The translations under genes were made by a program, and so were the position numbers. The notes below the pieces were generated by a model. That model saw nothing but the letters and a program-made list of their open reading frames with translations, searched no databases and was not told where the DNA came from. From Glaucostegus cemiculus (Eukaryota): DNA of 64,000 nucleotides. Of this stretch, positions 22,900 to 35,899 are shown in pieces (positions within the stretch are counted from its first letter, which is position 1; every line of letters starts with the position of its first letter). Location: the NCBI GenBank assembly GCA_976551045.1, contig CDPCPM010000108.1:7068001-7132000 (forward strand), written 5' to 3'.

Positions 22900-25680
22900 C
22901 AATATCTATCAACAAGACTTGGTAGTTCTACAGTTTGGCTGATACCTGGATACCTGTCAGACTGGATCTGCAGTAAGAAAAGAGTGAACCATCACAAGAG
23001 ATAAATCTACTTGACCTTGTCCTCACCTGTCCATGATAGCATTGGTAAAAGTGACCACTGCATTGTCCTCGTGGAGAAAAATATCACATCTTCACACCCT
23101 TCATTGTTTTGTGTGGTGCTACATTCCGCAGAACATATCTGGCACATCAGAACAGGGCAGTCATGAGGTGCTGTGGGCAATCAGCAGCAGCAGAAATGTA
23201 CACAAGCACAATCTGTAACCTGATGGTCCAGAATATCGTTCAGTTTATGATTATTATAATGCAAAGGAATTAATTCTGGTTCAATGGGAAATGCAGAAGG
23301 ATATGCCAAGAGCAGCACCAGGATTATCTAAGGTGAGCTGCAGCACAGGACTGTCTGTGTTCATGCTAAACAGCAAAAGCAGCATGGAATAGGCAGAGCT
23401 CATAAAATCATAGAATGGTTACAGTACAGAAGGAGCCCACTTAGAGCATCATATCTGCACCAGCTCTCTACCAGACCAGCAGAGAAAGTCATTAGTTCCA
23501 CTCTATTTGCCCTCACACCCACCCATCCGGCCCACTCTCCACAGACTTGCAAAACTTTCTTCACTATATATTTAATTCTCTCTTGAAGACTACAATGGAA
23601 ACTGCCTTCACTGCATCTGCAGACAGCAGCTACTCAGCCAACTTCAGATCCACGCTATCAATTTCCCTTGTGTGTCAATTTTATTGATAAGCCTCTGTTA
23701 TATGGCACTCTATCAAAAACCTTCTGGTAGTGTATTATTTTTCTCCTTGTATCAAATCTCCCAACAACCTTTTCTTCTCTAAAAAAGACAGTCTCACAGC
23801 TAATGGATCCGATGAAAGCTCTGCAGCCCTACCACCATTACTTGTGAATGATGGTGGACAATAAAACAGTCAAGGAGGAAGCTCAAAAAAAATCTGCATT
23901 CTCCACAATGTCCCAGCATGTTTAGCTAGATGTGCTGAATAGATGAGCCATCTCTGCCTCCTCCTGTGATTCACAAGCATCACAGAAGCCTGCGGGCACT
24001 GCATATAGCAAAGCCTACGGGACCATACTACATCCCAGCTTTAGTACTAAAGACCTGCATTCTAGAACAAGTTGTGCTTCTAGCCAGGTAATTGCAATAC
24101 ATTAACACCAGCATCTATCCAACAATATGGAATGTTTCCTAGGTCTATTTTGTTCATAAAAGGCAGAAAAAAATCCAATCAAGCTAATTACCATCCAATG
24201 AGTTTACTCTCAATCATCATTAAAATGATAGAAGATGTTGTTAAGTGTGCTAGTGTGGCACTTACTCACAAATGTCAAGTTTAGGTTTCACTGGAGCCAT
24301 TCATTTCTGGATTTCATCTGATCAGAACATGGATAAAAGAGCTGAATTCTATTGGTCAGGTCAGAGAGCCTGGCTTTGACACCAGGCAGCATTTGACCCA
24401 GTTTGATATCAAGAAGCACTTGTCAATAGGCAAAGGGAAAGCATTGTTCAGAGTCAGAATTTGTACAAAGGAAAATGACTGTGGTTGTTGGAGGTTAATC
24501 ATCCCAGCCCCAGGACTTCACTGCAGGAGTTCCTCCAGATGGTGTCCAAGGGCCAACTTCAGATGCTTCATTGATGACTTTCCTTCCATCACAAGGTCAA
24601 AGGTGGGATGTTTGCAGATGATTGCACAATGTTCAATTTCATTAGTAACTTCTCAGCAAATGAAGCAGCCCACATCTGCCTGCAGCAAATCCTTGACAAC
24701 ATTCAGGCATGGGGAGCGGCAAGTAACATTCTTTCTACAAAAGTGGCAAGCAATAACCATCCCCAACAAGAGAAAGCTGAACCATCTACCTTGGCATTCA
24801 ATATCATCATCATCTCCGAGTTCCCCACCATCAACATCTTCTGGATCCTCACTGATCAGAAACTTAGAATGTACCAGATTCACCTCCTGACGCACCAAAG
24901 TCTTTTCACTTACAAAGCACAGGTCATGAATGTGTTGGAATACTTTCTCTAATTTCCTGGATGAGTATAGATCCAACAACTCTCAAGGGGCTCAACATTG
25001 GACCAAAGCAAGCAAGCTTGATTGATTGTCCATCCACCATTCTCAACGTTCATTCCCTCCATAGCAGCACACAGTGGCTGTAGCGTGCACCACCTACAAA
25101 ATGCACTGCAATTACGTAGATAAGATAAGATCTTTATTAGTCACATGTACATTGAAACACACAGTGAAATACATCTTTTGCATAGTGATTTTAGGGGGCA
25201 GCCCACAAGCGTTGCCACACTTCTGGCACCAGCAGAGCATGCCCACAACTTCCTACCCTGTATGTCTTTGGAATGTGGGAGGAAACTGGAGCACCCAGAG
25301 GAAATCCACACAGACACAGGGAGAATGTACAAACTCCTTACAGACAGTGGCTGGATTTGAACCCCAGTTGCTGGCGCTGTAAAGCATTGTGCTAACCACT
25401 ATGCTACCATGCTGTCCCAAATTGTCTAGGTTATTCTGGCAGCATCTGCCAAATGTGTGACCTCTGCACCAAGGAGGACAAGGACAACAGTCACATGGGA
25501 ACACCACCACCTAAAGGTTCCCCTCCTACTCACACTGCATCCTGACTTGTTGATTTATGGTTAGCTCTTCATTGTCAATGGGTCTAAATCTTGGATTCCT
25601 CAAAAGCACCAGAGGTTTGCAATTGGTTCAAGAAGGCAGCTCATCAACACCTTCTCAAGGACAATTAGGGATGGCAAAGA
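22900..25680 (+). mobile_element. Long decayed CR1/Jockey-group LINE with nested CR1 fragment (about 23400-23800, minus) and V-SINE
   Basis: NLLDLVLT-like (atctacttgaccttgtcctcac), ANYHPMSLLSI, CFIDDFPSI...GMFADDC and YKAQVMNVLEY motifs; 3' end ttcaagaaggcagctcatcaacaccttctcaaggacaattagggatgg. Confidence 0.85.
25118..25415 (-). mobile_element. V-SINE with tRNA head and Rex1-like tail
   Basis: Minus strand: A box tagcatagtgg, B box ggttcaaatcc, V domain ggagtttgtacattctccctgtg, tail gtacatgtgactaataaagatcttatcttatc. Confidence 0.85.
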
Positions 25681-26796
25681 TGTTACCCTTCGTAGTGATT
25701 GTAAGATCCAACAATAAATAAAAAATAATAAATGAATAAATAGAATGTATCCAATTGAGTCAAGCCTGACAAAAGGATTCTCAAAGCTTTTCTTTCAGAC
25801 AAGTGATTACACATTAACATTGCTGTTTTTCTGTTATGATCTGTCCAAAGAATAAAGGGAGCTATCTTCCTGTGCAGTTCACCATGGCTGGTCGATATCC
25901 TCAGTGGGAAGCCCAATTGATTTTTGCGATTGTAGCGTATTAACATTGAAAAAATGTTTGCCTGTAATAAAAGTCATTCTTTTAATCATGCTCTGATTGA
26001 TCTGAATGTTAACCTTTAACTTTTCTCTCTCCACATAAGCTGCCTGACCAGCCAAGTAGTTTAGCATTTGTTGTTTTAAGTAAGATTTCCAGCATCTGTC
26101 ACGCTTTGTCTTTTTGATAATAAGCTTCATGCAGATGCTTATTGATCATGAAAGAGTCAACTGACTAAAGTTTCTCAGGAAAGTATGAAATCTAACAGAA
26201 CTTATACCAATCCATCATGGGCGCGCAGTAGTACCTTAAGCAGGAGAGCAGAAAAGATCAGGGCATTTAATGCTGAAGTTGAATACAGCACAAGAGAAGT
26301 TCTAACACTCTGCCTAACAATGAAGGGCTGAATTCAAGGGATTCTTTAGATTTTCTGATTCTAACTTTCTCTCATATCGACAACTACTACTTTCATTTAC
26401 ATTGTGTCACTAACTTAACAATACATCCCAACTCTGCACATACTCCCTTCTCTTGGTTTAAAATGGAAATGTGGAAATAAATATCTACTTAAGTGGCACT
26501 ACAAATGACTTCTTCACAAACCTGCATTCTCTCCAATTTGTGGACAGACTCAGAATGTAGTTCTAGATGATTGGCATGGAAACGGTGCTGAATCTTAGCT
26601 TGTCATTATACAGGAAATCATGGGATTCTATGGCACAGGAGACTGCCATTTGGCCCATCATGATAATGCCAGCCAAAAAAATGTGATTGAGATTAATACC
26701 ACCTTCTAGCTCTTGACTGCAATAGCATGGAAAATGCACATCATATTTTCACAAAGTACTTTATAAACATAATGAAAATTTCTGCCTTCACTGCCC

Positions 26797-26834
26797 TTTG
26801 AAACACCCTTCCTCATTTGAAACACCCTTCCTCA
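26797..26834. repeat. Perfect 19-bp tandem duplication
   Basis: tttgaaacacccttcctca occurs twice in tandem, inside an old minus-strand CR1 fragment. Confidence 0.9.
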
Positions 26835-26880
26835 TCCTCAACACACTTTGTGTGAAAAACATTTTTCTCAACAAATCAAA

Positions 26881-27252
26881 TGGCACGGTGGTACAGTCAA
26901 TAGAGCTGCTGTCTTACAACTCCAGCAACCCAGGCTCAATCCAGACCTCTGATGCTGTTGGCATAGAGTTCACACATTGTCCACATGATCAAATGGGTCT
27001 TTAGGGTGTGAGTGATAGTTTCCTGCCACATCACAAAGACTTGCAGGTTGGAAGGTTAATTGGTCACATTGATCACTATAAATTATCCCTAATGCAGAGG
27101 CTACTAGTAGAACCTGCTTGTGTTGGGTTGGGGGTAATGGATTGATGAGAAGGTGGAGAGAATAAAATGGGGTTAATGTAAATAGGTGCTTTATGGTCAG
27201 TGCAGACTCAGTGGGCTGAAGGACTTATTTCTGTGCTGCATGAGTCCATGAC
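26881..27252 (+). mobile_element. V-SINE (HE1-like) with CR1-derived tail, nested in a minus-strand CR1 fragment (about 26610-27325)
   Basis: tggcacggtgg head, degenerate V domain (tttcctgccacatcacaaagacttgcaggttgg), tail gggctgaaggacttatttctgtgctg. Confidence 0.75.
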
Positions 27253-27329
27253 GCTTTAAGTCTGTGTCCCCAAAAGGAATAGATACTTCCTACTCACACT
27301 ATCTAGACCTTCTATAATTTTATGTTAGG

Positions 27330-28800
27330 AACTGAATAATGATTGGGTAGTTTATTGATGTTCTTTTTAATGAGATTAACTGCCCTCTTTCTTGTTATTT
27401 TTGCCTCCGTTCTTGATTCTCATCAGGGCTGGCCCTGCAGTGTTTAAGCTTTAGATCACCAAAACAGTGATGCAGAATCCATATCACAGTTATCACCAAG
27501 TTATTTGACTCAGTGCTCTTTTTCACTTCCCATCTGTTCTTTTGGAGATAGGTTTTGGTGTGGACCTCAGCCTTCAGCTGTTGGAGAACTGTTTCTTCTC
27601 CCCAAGGTGTTATGAAATTCCAATCTTTGAGTTTTCTGTTTTTCAGCTCTTGGATCTCCTAGTCATTCTCATCAAGCCAGTCCTGGTGTTTTCTGGTAGA
27701 AAAGCCAAGAGTCTCTCCACACATGCTATTCACAGTGGACTCCCAAGCCAGTCCTGACTCTGTGGACACTCCGTGGTTCTCATCGGTTAGGGGTTATCAG
27801 GTTGTCTGAGGCCACTGTCTGAGAAGATTTTTCTTTCCAAGACTCTTGTGTCAACCTTCAACATCAATTTTCTTGTGTCACTGTTTCTTCTGCCACACTT
27901 GCCTTGGGGTTAGGCTCATGGAGATAACAGAGTTGATGAGGTGGCTGTCAGTCCATTAGTATCTGGTACTTAGTGTGATATGTTTGCTGCGACATCTTTG
28001 TGGTCTCTTGATCTGAAAATTAGATAATTTAACAGATTTCATTGCTGGATTGGAGGTATTGCCACAAGGTCTGTGCTTGTCTTTCTGATGAAACTGTGTG
28101 CTGGTTATTACAAGCCATGCTCCAGCCATTTTGTCAGGTGGAGGACTCCACTGGAATTAGTTTCCCTATTCCTTCCTTGCCAATCATACCTTGCCAGAGG
28201 ATTGCTTCCTTTCAGACCCTGGAATTGAAAATACCCATGAAGATATGGGTGAACATTTCTTTTCCAAGATATAATAAGAGTCCCTCTTGGCTCTATCTGT
28301 AGCTTCTGGGTTGAGAGATCTGTGCTGATGATTGGAGTACACAAATTCCATGTTACTTTGAGTCAGAGGTCATAAAATGTTCAACTTTCCCACAGGGGAA
28401 GTTGCTGAGATTTCAGACCAGCTTGTTATTGATGGTAAAGCTCAGCACATGAAGATGTATTTCCTCTCTGAGTTTGCCCTTCAAGAAGAAGCCATATTCA
28501 CTACTTTGTTCTTTGAACTGGCTTTCTCCTGCCTGTCATATCTCACTCAGAGTAGCAAATTCAATGTCAAGCATCTAAGATCCCAGGCTTTGATTGTGAA
28601 GGGATGTCCAGGAAAATTGTTGGAGCTGTCCACGAACATCTTGACCACCTAGGTCCTGGATTTTATGCTGGGGAATGGAAATTGCCAGCATATTGTTTCT
28701 TTACTATAGGATATCTATGGCATACCAGCTACCACACAGACGAGAGAGAGGGCTCTTAATCCAATGGCAAGGGTATCCTAAATGACTGGAAACTACACCT
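27330..28800 (-). mobile_element. RTE-clade LINE, endonuclease and linker region, decayed
   Basis: Minus frames read DIEFATLSEI*QAGESQFKEQSSEYGFFLKGK (APE domain DIAALSETR...GYTFFWKGK) and TRKHQDWLDEND. Confidence 0.85.
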
Positions 28801-29429
28801 TTATATGGGGACACCAACACACACACAAATGGACAGATGTCTGTCAGCAAGTACCCTCGCCTCTCCACTAGCTTCACCTTGATCCCTCCCCGCCCTATTA
28901 TGCTCGATCTTCCTGATCTCTAAATCTCTTATCCTTTAGTGTCCTCCTGGCACCCTGACCAGCTGTCCTTCAGATGCCCTCCCTCCACACCTTACACGTC
29001 CTTCCCTCCTCCTTTCCCTCCACCGGGAACCCCTCCTCCTCTCTTCCCTCTGACTGTCTGCTTGCCATGCTCCATACCATCTGTCCCTCCGTCTCATCAC
29101 CTTCACCTCAAGTCCTCCCCACACCCTCCCTCGATCTCCAGCCCTGAGAAAAATTCCTTGTGCTGCCACTGTGCTGCATTCCCTCACCAAAGTCTGGGCA
29201 TGCGTACAAGGCAGCAGATGGCAGTGAGTTTCATTCAGTGGGTAGTTAGCCCATTGGCCTTGCACAAGCCACTTACGAACAAACAACAATCTCCTGGACA
29301 TCCAAAGAGCTTTTGTATTCCACCATTGTGATTTCACCAGTTGCAGGCCCCAGCATACCATCATGCTATTTGTAGCTTGTTGTGACTCGATGAGTAGTAC
29401 CTTTGCCTAGATTTGAGTCAAAAAGAGGG

Positions 29430-29595
29430 TGTGGGGGCAGATACATTTAAGAGACTCTTAGGTAGACATATGAATGATAGAAATATTGGGGGCTATGTGG
29501 GAGGGAAGGGTTAGATCATCTTAGAGCAGGATAAAGTGTCGGCACAACATTGTGGGCCGAAGGGCCTGTACTGTGCTGTAGTGTTCTGTGTTCTA
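29430..29595 (+). mobile_element. Short CR1 3'-end insertion, same subfamily as 9721-10573, inside a Deu-SINE-like head
   Basis: Near-identical to 10410-10570 (gagactctta...gggagggaagggttagat...ggcacaacattgtgggccgaagggcctgtactgtgctg). Confidence 0.88.
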
Positions 29596-31640
29596 AAACC
29601 TCAACTCATGAGCAGAAAAACTAGGCTGACTCCTTAATTATATTCACCTTGACTAAGTCTCTCTTCATTTTCCTTCCTTTTCTAAAAAAAAAGCCAGCAT
29701 TGCTGACTTTGACAACATCATCATAAATTGCCTTTGTACCCTCTAAATAATGCTCATAACTGTATTCACAGTTTTTCTTACTCTACTTTCATGCCTTGCT
29801 ACCTTTGAGAATCTGTGGACATACACAACTAGATCTCAGTTGTTCGTCTAAACTTCTCAGATCAATTCCAAGAAAGAAGCTTATGCCTCAACGTAAGTTG
29901 TTGTTTTAGCTTCTATTTTCACTCGTGCTATCTACAAAAAGTCAGCAACAAGATAAAAATCAGCCTCATGAGGAATCAGCAACACCTGTCATTGCTGTTT
30001 CTCTGCTGAAATAACAATAAAAGTAATAGTGTAACACTGTAAACACTGAAGTTCTGATTAAATTCTTCAGTGTAGGTGATGGTCAGCATGCATACATATG
30101 CTGGGCCATAAAGTCTGTTTCTAACTTCATGATTCTTCTTTTCATTTCACAAATTTGTGAAAATTCTGTTTTTATTAATTAAGTATATGCTATTTGGAAC
30201 TGCTGATAAGGGAAAAGAATTGAGTAGTATGTGTTCCTGGAAATAAAGATGGTTGCGGACAATGGCTTATGGGCTTTTTAGTGAATGTCCAAAAAGGCCC
30301 GAAGGCATTTTCCTGGTCTATTCTCACCTGAAGTGTTGACAGAACTTGCATCCCTCTATTAAGGCCAGGTTCTTACAACCATATTACTACTTTCAATACT
30401 ACCAATGGCTATGTCCCAGTTTGATTGACTAAAACTGATCAATGCTGTTCCCTCCACCTTCTTAATTTCACAAACCACGAAACTGGCTTCACATTCTAAA
30501 GTCCCTTTCTCAGTAAGTTCAGAATCCAAGTACTGCACTGTTGTGTTCATATTCCATTGTTTTTCGAAACAACTCTCTTAGATGCTAAAAATCCCTTTGA
30601 AATACTCTAGATTCTGGCATCCTACAGCAGTATTATCGGACTCCAGGACTCATTTATGATACCTCCATATCTCACACCCGATTGCTGGTAAGCCCTAGTC
30701 CCTAAAAAGAAACTCTTGCTATGGGAAATCTGCAGAAAAATTATAGAAATATTTGGCATGAAGATGCAAGAATGAAATCCAAACCTGATAATTTATAGCA
30801 ATGGTGGTGGGAAGCTTGTTCACACAATACAAAGGCAGAGGAAAATATGTATGATTCCATCCAGCAGCCTGTTCCACACAACTGTGTCATAATACAGGCA
30901 CTTTCCAGTCCAACCAAAACCAAATGAAGTCCTGGGAGAGATGAAAAATACAGATAAAAACCACAACCGATTTGGGTGAAAAAAATCTGGGAAATTCTTC
31001 TCTGATCTGCTCTTATCTCCCAGGAGATTTAAATTCATTCAGGAGATTGCTCTGGCCCTGTAATTCTATGCAGTACTTATTCTTTGTAGGAGATAACATT
31101 TTTCACAAGCTAGAAAGAAATCCAGGTCTCAAATGAAAGAATTTAACATAGAAGCAAATATGGCAGAAAAATGCTTACAGACTGTACTATTATATATTTG
31201 CATGACAATTTATATATTTTGCATAACTATTTTAATAAGTGATGAAGAATTAACAGACATGTTCCTGATATCCCAGCACAATGCTTTTCTCAGTCAAGAT
31301 GGAGCCGATTAGGAAATTCATTCGCCAATCACGTCTGGTGACCGAGTTGTAGTAAATCACACAATTGGTTTCATGCGCGTAATCTATATGAGCTATCCAC
31401 AACTCGTAGCGCTTTTCTGATAAAATTGCCCTCTTTTTATCAAGAAAAGTTGCTGCAGTTTCTGTCTTAAGTTCTATTTCCTTTAATTTTCGTTGCTGTG
31501 AGCCCATTTAGCTGCCCTGCCCATGCCCAACAGATTGGTTGGTAATGTTGTCAACAGGCACTCTGTTTTGGAAGTTAGGATAAGAGAAAAAAGTCAACTG
31601 ATCAGCCCATGAAGTCAGGACAAATTGATTTATTATACTT

Positions 31641-31864
31641 ATTTTGTCTTAATCAGATTTACTAAGCTTCCTCCAAACACTTTGTAATTGTTTGTAATTA
31701 CCGAAATTGCACCTTCATTGGTTAATTCTACTTGTTTTGAGCATGAACAACAATGTGATTGAGTGCTCTTGTTAAAATTTAATTCATCATTGTAATTAGC
31801 TGTAATCATAGCATCTTGGACACAAGAGAAGAATGAGGACCTATTCACAATCTCAGTCTATTTG
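31641..31864. repeat. Copy 1 of a ~225-bp locally duplicated non-coding element
   Basis: Collinear direct similarity to 36779-37003; core 31741-31779 matches 36877-36915 at 38 of 39 positions. Confidence 0.92.
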
Positions 31865-32619
31865 TCCTCTGTATATAGTCATACGGTAAAAGGCTTGTCA
31901 GCACGAAATGCATACCCTAAGCAATACTTTAATAACAGCTGGATAAGTGTGCATAGACCAATGAATCCAGATTACACTTTTTACACCAGATTTAACATTC
32001 TAGTGGTCTGAAGGGGCATATCTACCTGACAGCAAGGATGGAGCAGACATTTACCAAGGGAAAATTTAAGTAAGTGGACAAACTACAGTACATGGAGTTC
32101 ATTGTGAAGAAATACACGGTCATCCACTTTGGATCTGAGAAAGACAAATTGCAATAGCCTCTTAAATTGAGAGAGATTAAGAGCTGTCTTGGAGCAAAAG
32201 TATTTGTGAGTCTAAGTGCACAAATCTCTAAAAACCTATCTACAGGTACAAGCAGCAATCAAAAGACAAATGAAATGCTGTTGTTATCTTAAATGGATGG
32301 AATACAAAAGTGAGGAAATGGACAAAGTGATGCTCCAGTTGTAGACCTCATGTAAAGCAGTATTCAGTTCTCAGCAGGGAGGAGATTAGGCCATGGAAGT
32401 AAAAAAAGAATGCACAATCTTAAAATTAGTGTTTTCTTTAGTCTTTTCCTGATTAAATAATAATCTGTTTTATCATTCTTCCTTCCAAGGTGAGCAAAAG
32501 TGAACATCTTCACATTTTCCCATATTCACTTACCCATTACTTCCCCCAATTTTTGTATTACCCACAAATATGACCAAAGTACATTTGCTTCCTTCCTCTA
32601 AATCAAGGAAGGAGTAGAC

Positions 32620-33060
32620 AAGGCTAACTCCAGCAGGATCCTTCTCTTGACAAAAGGCTTCATCATAATGAACAGACAAGCACAAGACGTCATGGGAACA
32701 CTCAGTCCGTGCACTGGCACCTGCCAGAGTTTGTCATTGTCCAAGGGAGGGACCATAAATATGTTTGTATCACCCATGCTATGACAGGCACTAATTACTG
32801 TTATACTGGCCACTGTCTAATCCACTCCATTATTTCCATCAATCCAGCCCCAAAATGTCAGCATCTACTGCAAAAAGATCAATGTTAAAGCTCTCAGGAA
32901 GCCCAGACAGCATCTCACAGACAACTTGTCAACTTGCAGTTTACAGGAGCCATGAAGCATCTGCATCGTACTTGCTGCCCTGATGTCCACCATGACTGGT
33001 ACCTGTGGAGAGTCTCTTGGCTCCTCTAACAAGAAGAAGAGATTGAGCAAGAGATCAAGG
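32620..33060 (+). mobile_element. RTE-clade LINE fragment
   Basis: CKKINVKALRKP and TCGESLGSS motifs; homologous to the reverse complement of about 27640-28000. Confidence 0.65.
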
Positions 33061-33630
33061 TAAATTGGTTTGTTATTGTCACATGTACCAAGGTAGAGTG
33101 AAAAACTTTGTTCTGCATGTCATTCATACATATCAATTCATTACATCAGTACATTGAGGTAGTACAAGGGAAAAACAATAACAGAATGCAGAATTAAGTG
33201 TTACAGTTACAGAAAAAGTACAGTGCAGGCAGACAATAAGGTGCAAGGCCATGATGAGGTAGATTGTGAGATCAAGAGTCCATTTTATTGTACAAGGGGA
33301 CCATTCAATAGTTTTATAACAATGAGATAGAAGCTGTCCTTGAGCCTGGTAGTACATGCTTTCAGGCTTTTGATTCTTCTGCCTGATGGGCGGGGAGAGA
33401 AGAGAGAATGTCTGGGGTGGGTGGAGTCTTTGATTATGTTGGCTGCTTTACCAAGGCAGCAAGAAGCGTAGACAGAGTCTATGGAGAGGAGGCTGGTTTT
33501 CATGATGTACTGAGCTGTGTCCACAACTCCCTGCAGTTTCTTGCAGTCTCAGGCAAAGCAGTTTCTGTACTAAACCATGATGCATCTGGACAGGATGCTT
33601 TTATGGTGCATCTATAAAAATTGGTATATC
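33061..33630 (-). mobile_element. Rex1/Babar LINE 3' fragment
   Basis: Minus ORF CLGKAANIIKDSTHPRHSLFSPRPSGRRIKSLKACTTRLKDSFY; tail ggtacatgtgacaataacaaaccaat; homologous to 53305-53935. Confidence 0.9.
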
Positions 33631-34309
33631 AGGGACATCAAAGTAGTCAAAGCCCACTTTAAGGAATACTGTAAGAACCTTCTCAACTGCAAATCATTAA
33701 TATATATTAAGAAAACACAGCTGTAGTCCCAATACTGGTTCTTGTGGCACCCCGCTAACTATAGGTTACCGATCTGAAAACAACCCTATTATCCCTATTT
33801 GCTGCTCTCTGCAAGTTAGCCAATCCTGTATCCATGCTAATATATTACCTCCAACACCATGAGCTCTTATCTTGCAAAGTTACCTCTTGTGTGGCACCTT
33901 TGTATGTTACAGATAGTGATCCACAGTAGTACTTGGTTCGTTCCAGCGACAAATTGCCTTGCACAGCATGATGATGAACATCTCTTGAGGTACAGCACAT
34001 GCTGCTGCAGGCAGCAATACTGCTTCCTTTATGAAGAGGGCTGCTGCCACAGACAGATAACAGCCCTGTGATATAGAAGCAGCATAATGCAGCACTGGAG
34101 CTGAAATTGTGCTATTAAAAAAAACAGTCATGCTGATCACTGCACTTGAAGTGATATTGGATCTGAATATGTTTACATTATTGTAGTATGTTGGTCAGGT
34201 AACAGCTTCAAAAAAAAGGGGAAAAATTGCTTCCACTATTAAAACATTATAGTGATTTTGCAAGAGGAACAGGTTGACACATATTTTTGGAAAGGTGGAT
34301 GAAAATAAA

Positions 34310-34700
34310 TACATTAGCATTTCTTCATATAACATACTTCCAAATGCCAGCACTACCCAAAGCACTTGTAGCCACTGTAGTAATGCAAGAAGAGGAGCAG
34401 CCGAGTCCCACAAACAGCAAAGTGATTATAACCCAATAATATGCTTTAGTGAAGGTAGTTTAAAGAGACAGACGATTGGGGTAAAATATCACAGTATTTC
34501 CTTGAAGTAGTACCATGGGATCATTTACATTTTACTGAGAGAGCAAATGTGTACTCAGTTTAAAATCTCATCTGAAGATGGCACCTTCACCAGCATATTG
34601 CTTCCTCTGTTCAACACTAGAGTTATAGCATAAATTTTATATCAAAATCTCTAGAGTGGAACTTGAACCTTAATATTTCCAAGATTCTAAATATTACTAC
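34310..34700 (-). mobile_element. Deu-domain SINE (SacSINE1-like), degenerate
   Basis: Reverse complement gives ggttcaagttccactctagag...gaaggtgccatcttcagatgagattttaaactgag...gatcccatggtactacttcaag...ttgctgtttgtgggac. Confidence 0.7.
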
Positions 34701-35149
34701 CAGCTGATAATTAACATCAACTTTCACTTATATACTGTGTCTTTAATACAGAGCAAGACATTATCCAACATAAGGAAATATAAAGCAGACAACCAAAATC
34801 TTGCTCAAGAAGGTAGGTTTAGAGATAATCAGCGAGGTGGAAAAGTTTGGTGGATGGAACTGTGGGTCAGGTATGAAATTTCTGAACATAGGCATTTCAG
34901 GAAAAGAAGAAATTACGAACATGGATCAGAGGAAACAAATAATTTGAAAACAATGATGAGAATTTTAAAATTAATGTGTTACTTAACTGAGAACAATTGT
35001 AGATTAGCAAGCAGTGTGATTCTGAGAGTTAGTACAAAGTTTACAATGATCTGACTGGACGGCATTGTCACTGTATCTCGGTACATGTGACGATAATAAA
35101 CTAATTACCAATAGACAATATTTGACTAAGAGTTGAAATAGATTTAGAA

Positions 35150-35560
35150 ACAAAAAGGCATGGTCAAGGGTTTCTTCTCAGGCAGTCCCTCAGGATTAAG
35201 ATTGATTTGCTTCCCTTCTAGTTTTGTAGGTTCTGAGGTGACCAATGGGACCATTGTGGGAACCACAGACTCTTCCAAAGATGGTTTAGGAAGTACCTGA
35301 TGGGGCAGGTAGGTGGGTAGTTCATGAGGTGGTACGCTCCTTCTATTGCTACTGCAGTGCTGCCGGTGCATAGGCTCCAAGTTCTCAATGCCATCCCAAG
35401 TGTTCCTTTTGTGTTATGGGTTTAGTGGTTATGGGTTCAGAGGCTCCCAGGAGTCAGTAGGGATGTTGTACTTCTTCAAGAAAGCTTTCAGCTCATCCTT
35501 GAAATTTTGTTTCTGTCTGCCTTGTAATCTTTTTCCACAAAATAGAATATCTGTTTTAGG
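35150..35560 (-). mobile_element. RTE-clade LINE 3' end
   Basis: Minus frame GRQKQNFKDELKAFLKKYNIP corresponds to the RTE C-terminal motif. Confidence 0.75.
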
Positions 35561-35899
35561 ATTCAGGAGCTGGGAATGTGAATGTTGTGGTTAGCCCAAC
35601 AAGGAGCTAAGCAGAGGTGAAGTAAAGGCAGGTGATGTTACATTGGAGGAAATATGCTCTTCCAGTTATAGCACAGAAATGTGCTCCAAAACTCATCTTT
35701 CATTGTCAAATATGTTTGCAAGTAGTCTTGTTCAGTTTCAGATGGTTACCAGATAGAGGGATGGACTGATGCTAGGGAACCAAGTTTGTAACAGGCCGAG
35801 CAGATGATAGAAATCAAGAGATCTCAGCCACCACGGACAGCTGAATTTCAGCCAAGCTAAAATATCAAAATGAATAAATACTTTGGCAGATCAACATGA

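Noticed and set aside
28936-29364. Pro-rich and Arg-rich overlapping ORFs
   Set aside because: They result from a C/T-rich low-complexity tract, with no recognisable domain or splice support.
31639-31848. Similar 66-69 aa ORFs at 31639-31848 and 36787-36987 (ANYNDE.NFNKSTQSHCCSC) as a duplicated micro-gene
   Set aside because: The starts are non-ATG, an indel shifts the C-terminal frame between copies, and conservation is at nucleotide level in motif blocks. A non-coding element explains it better, though a cryptic exon is not excluded.
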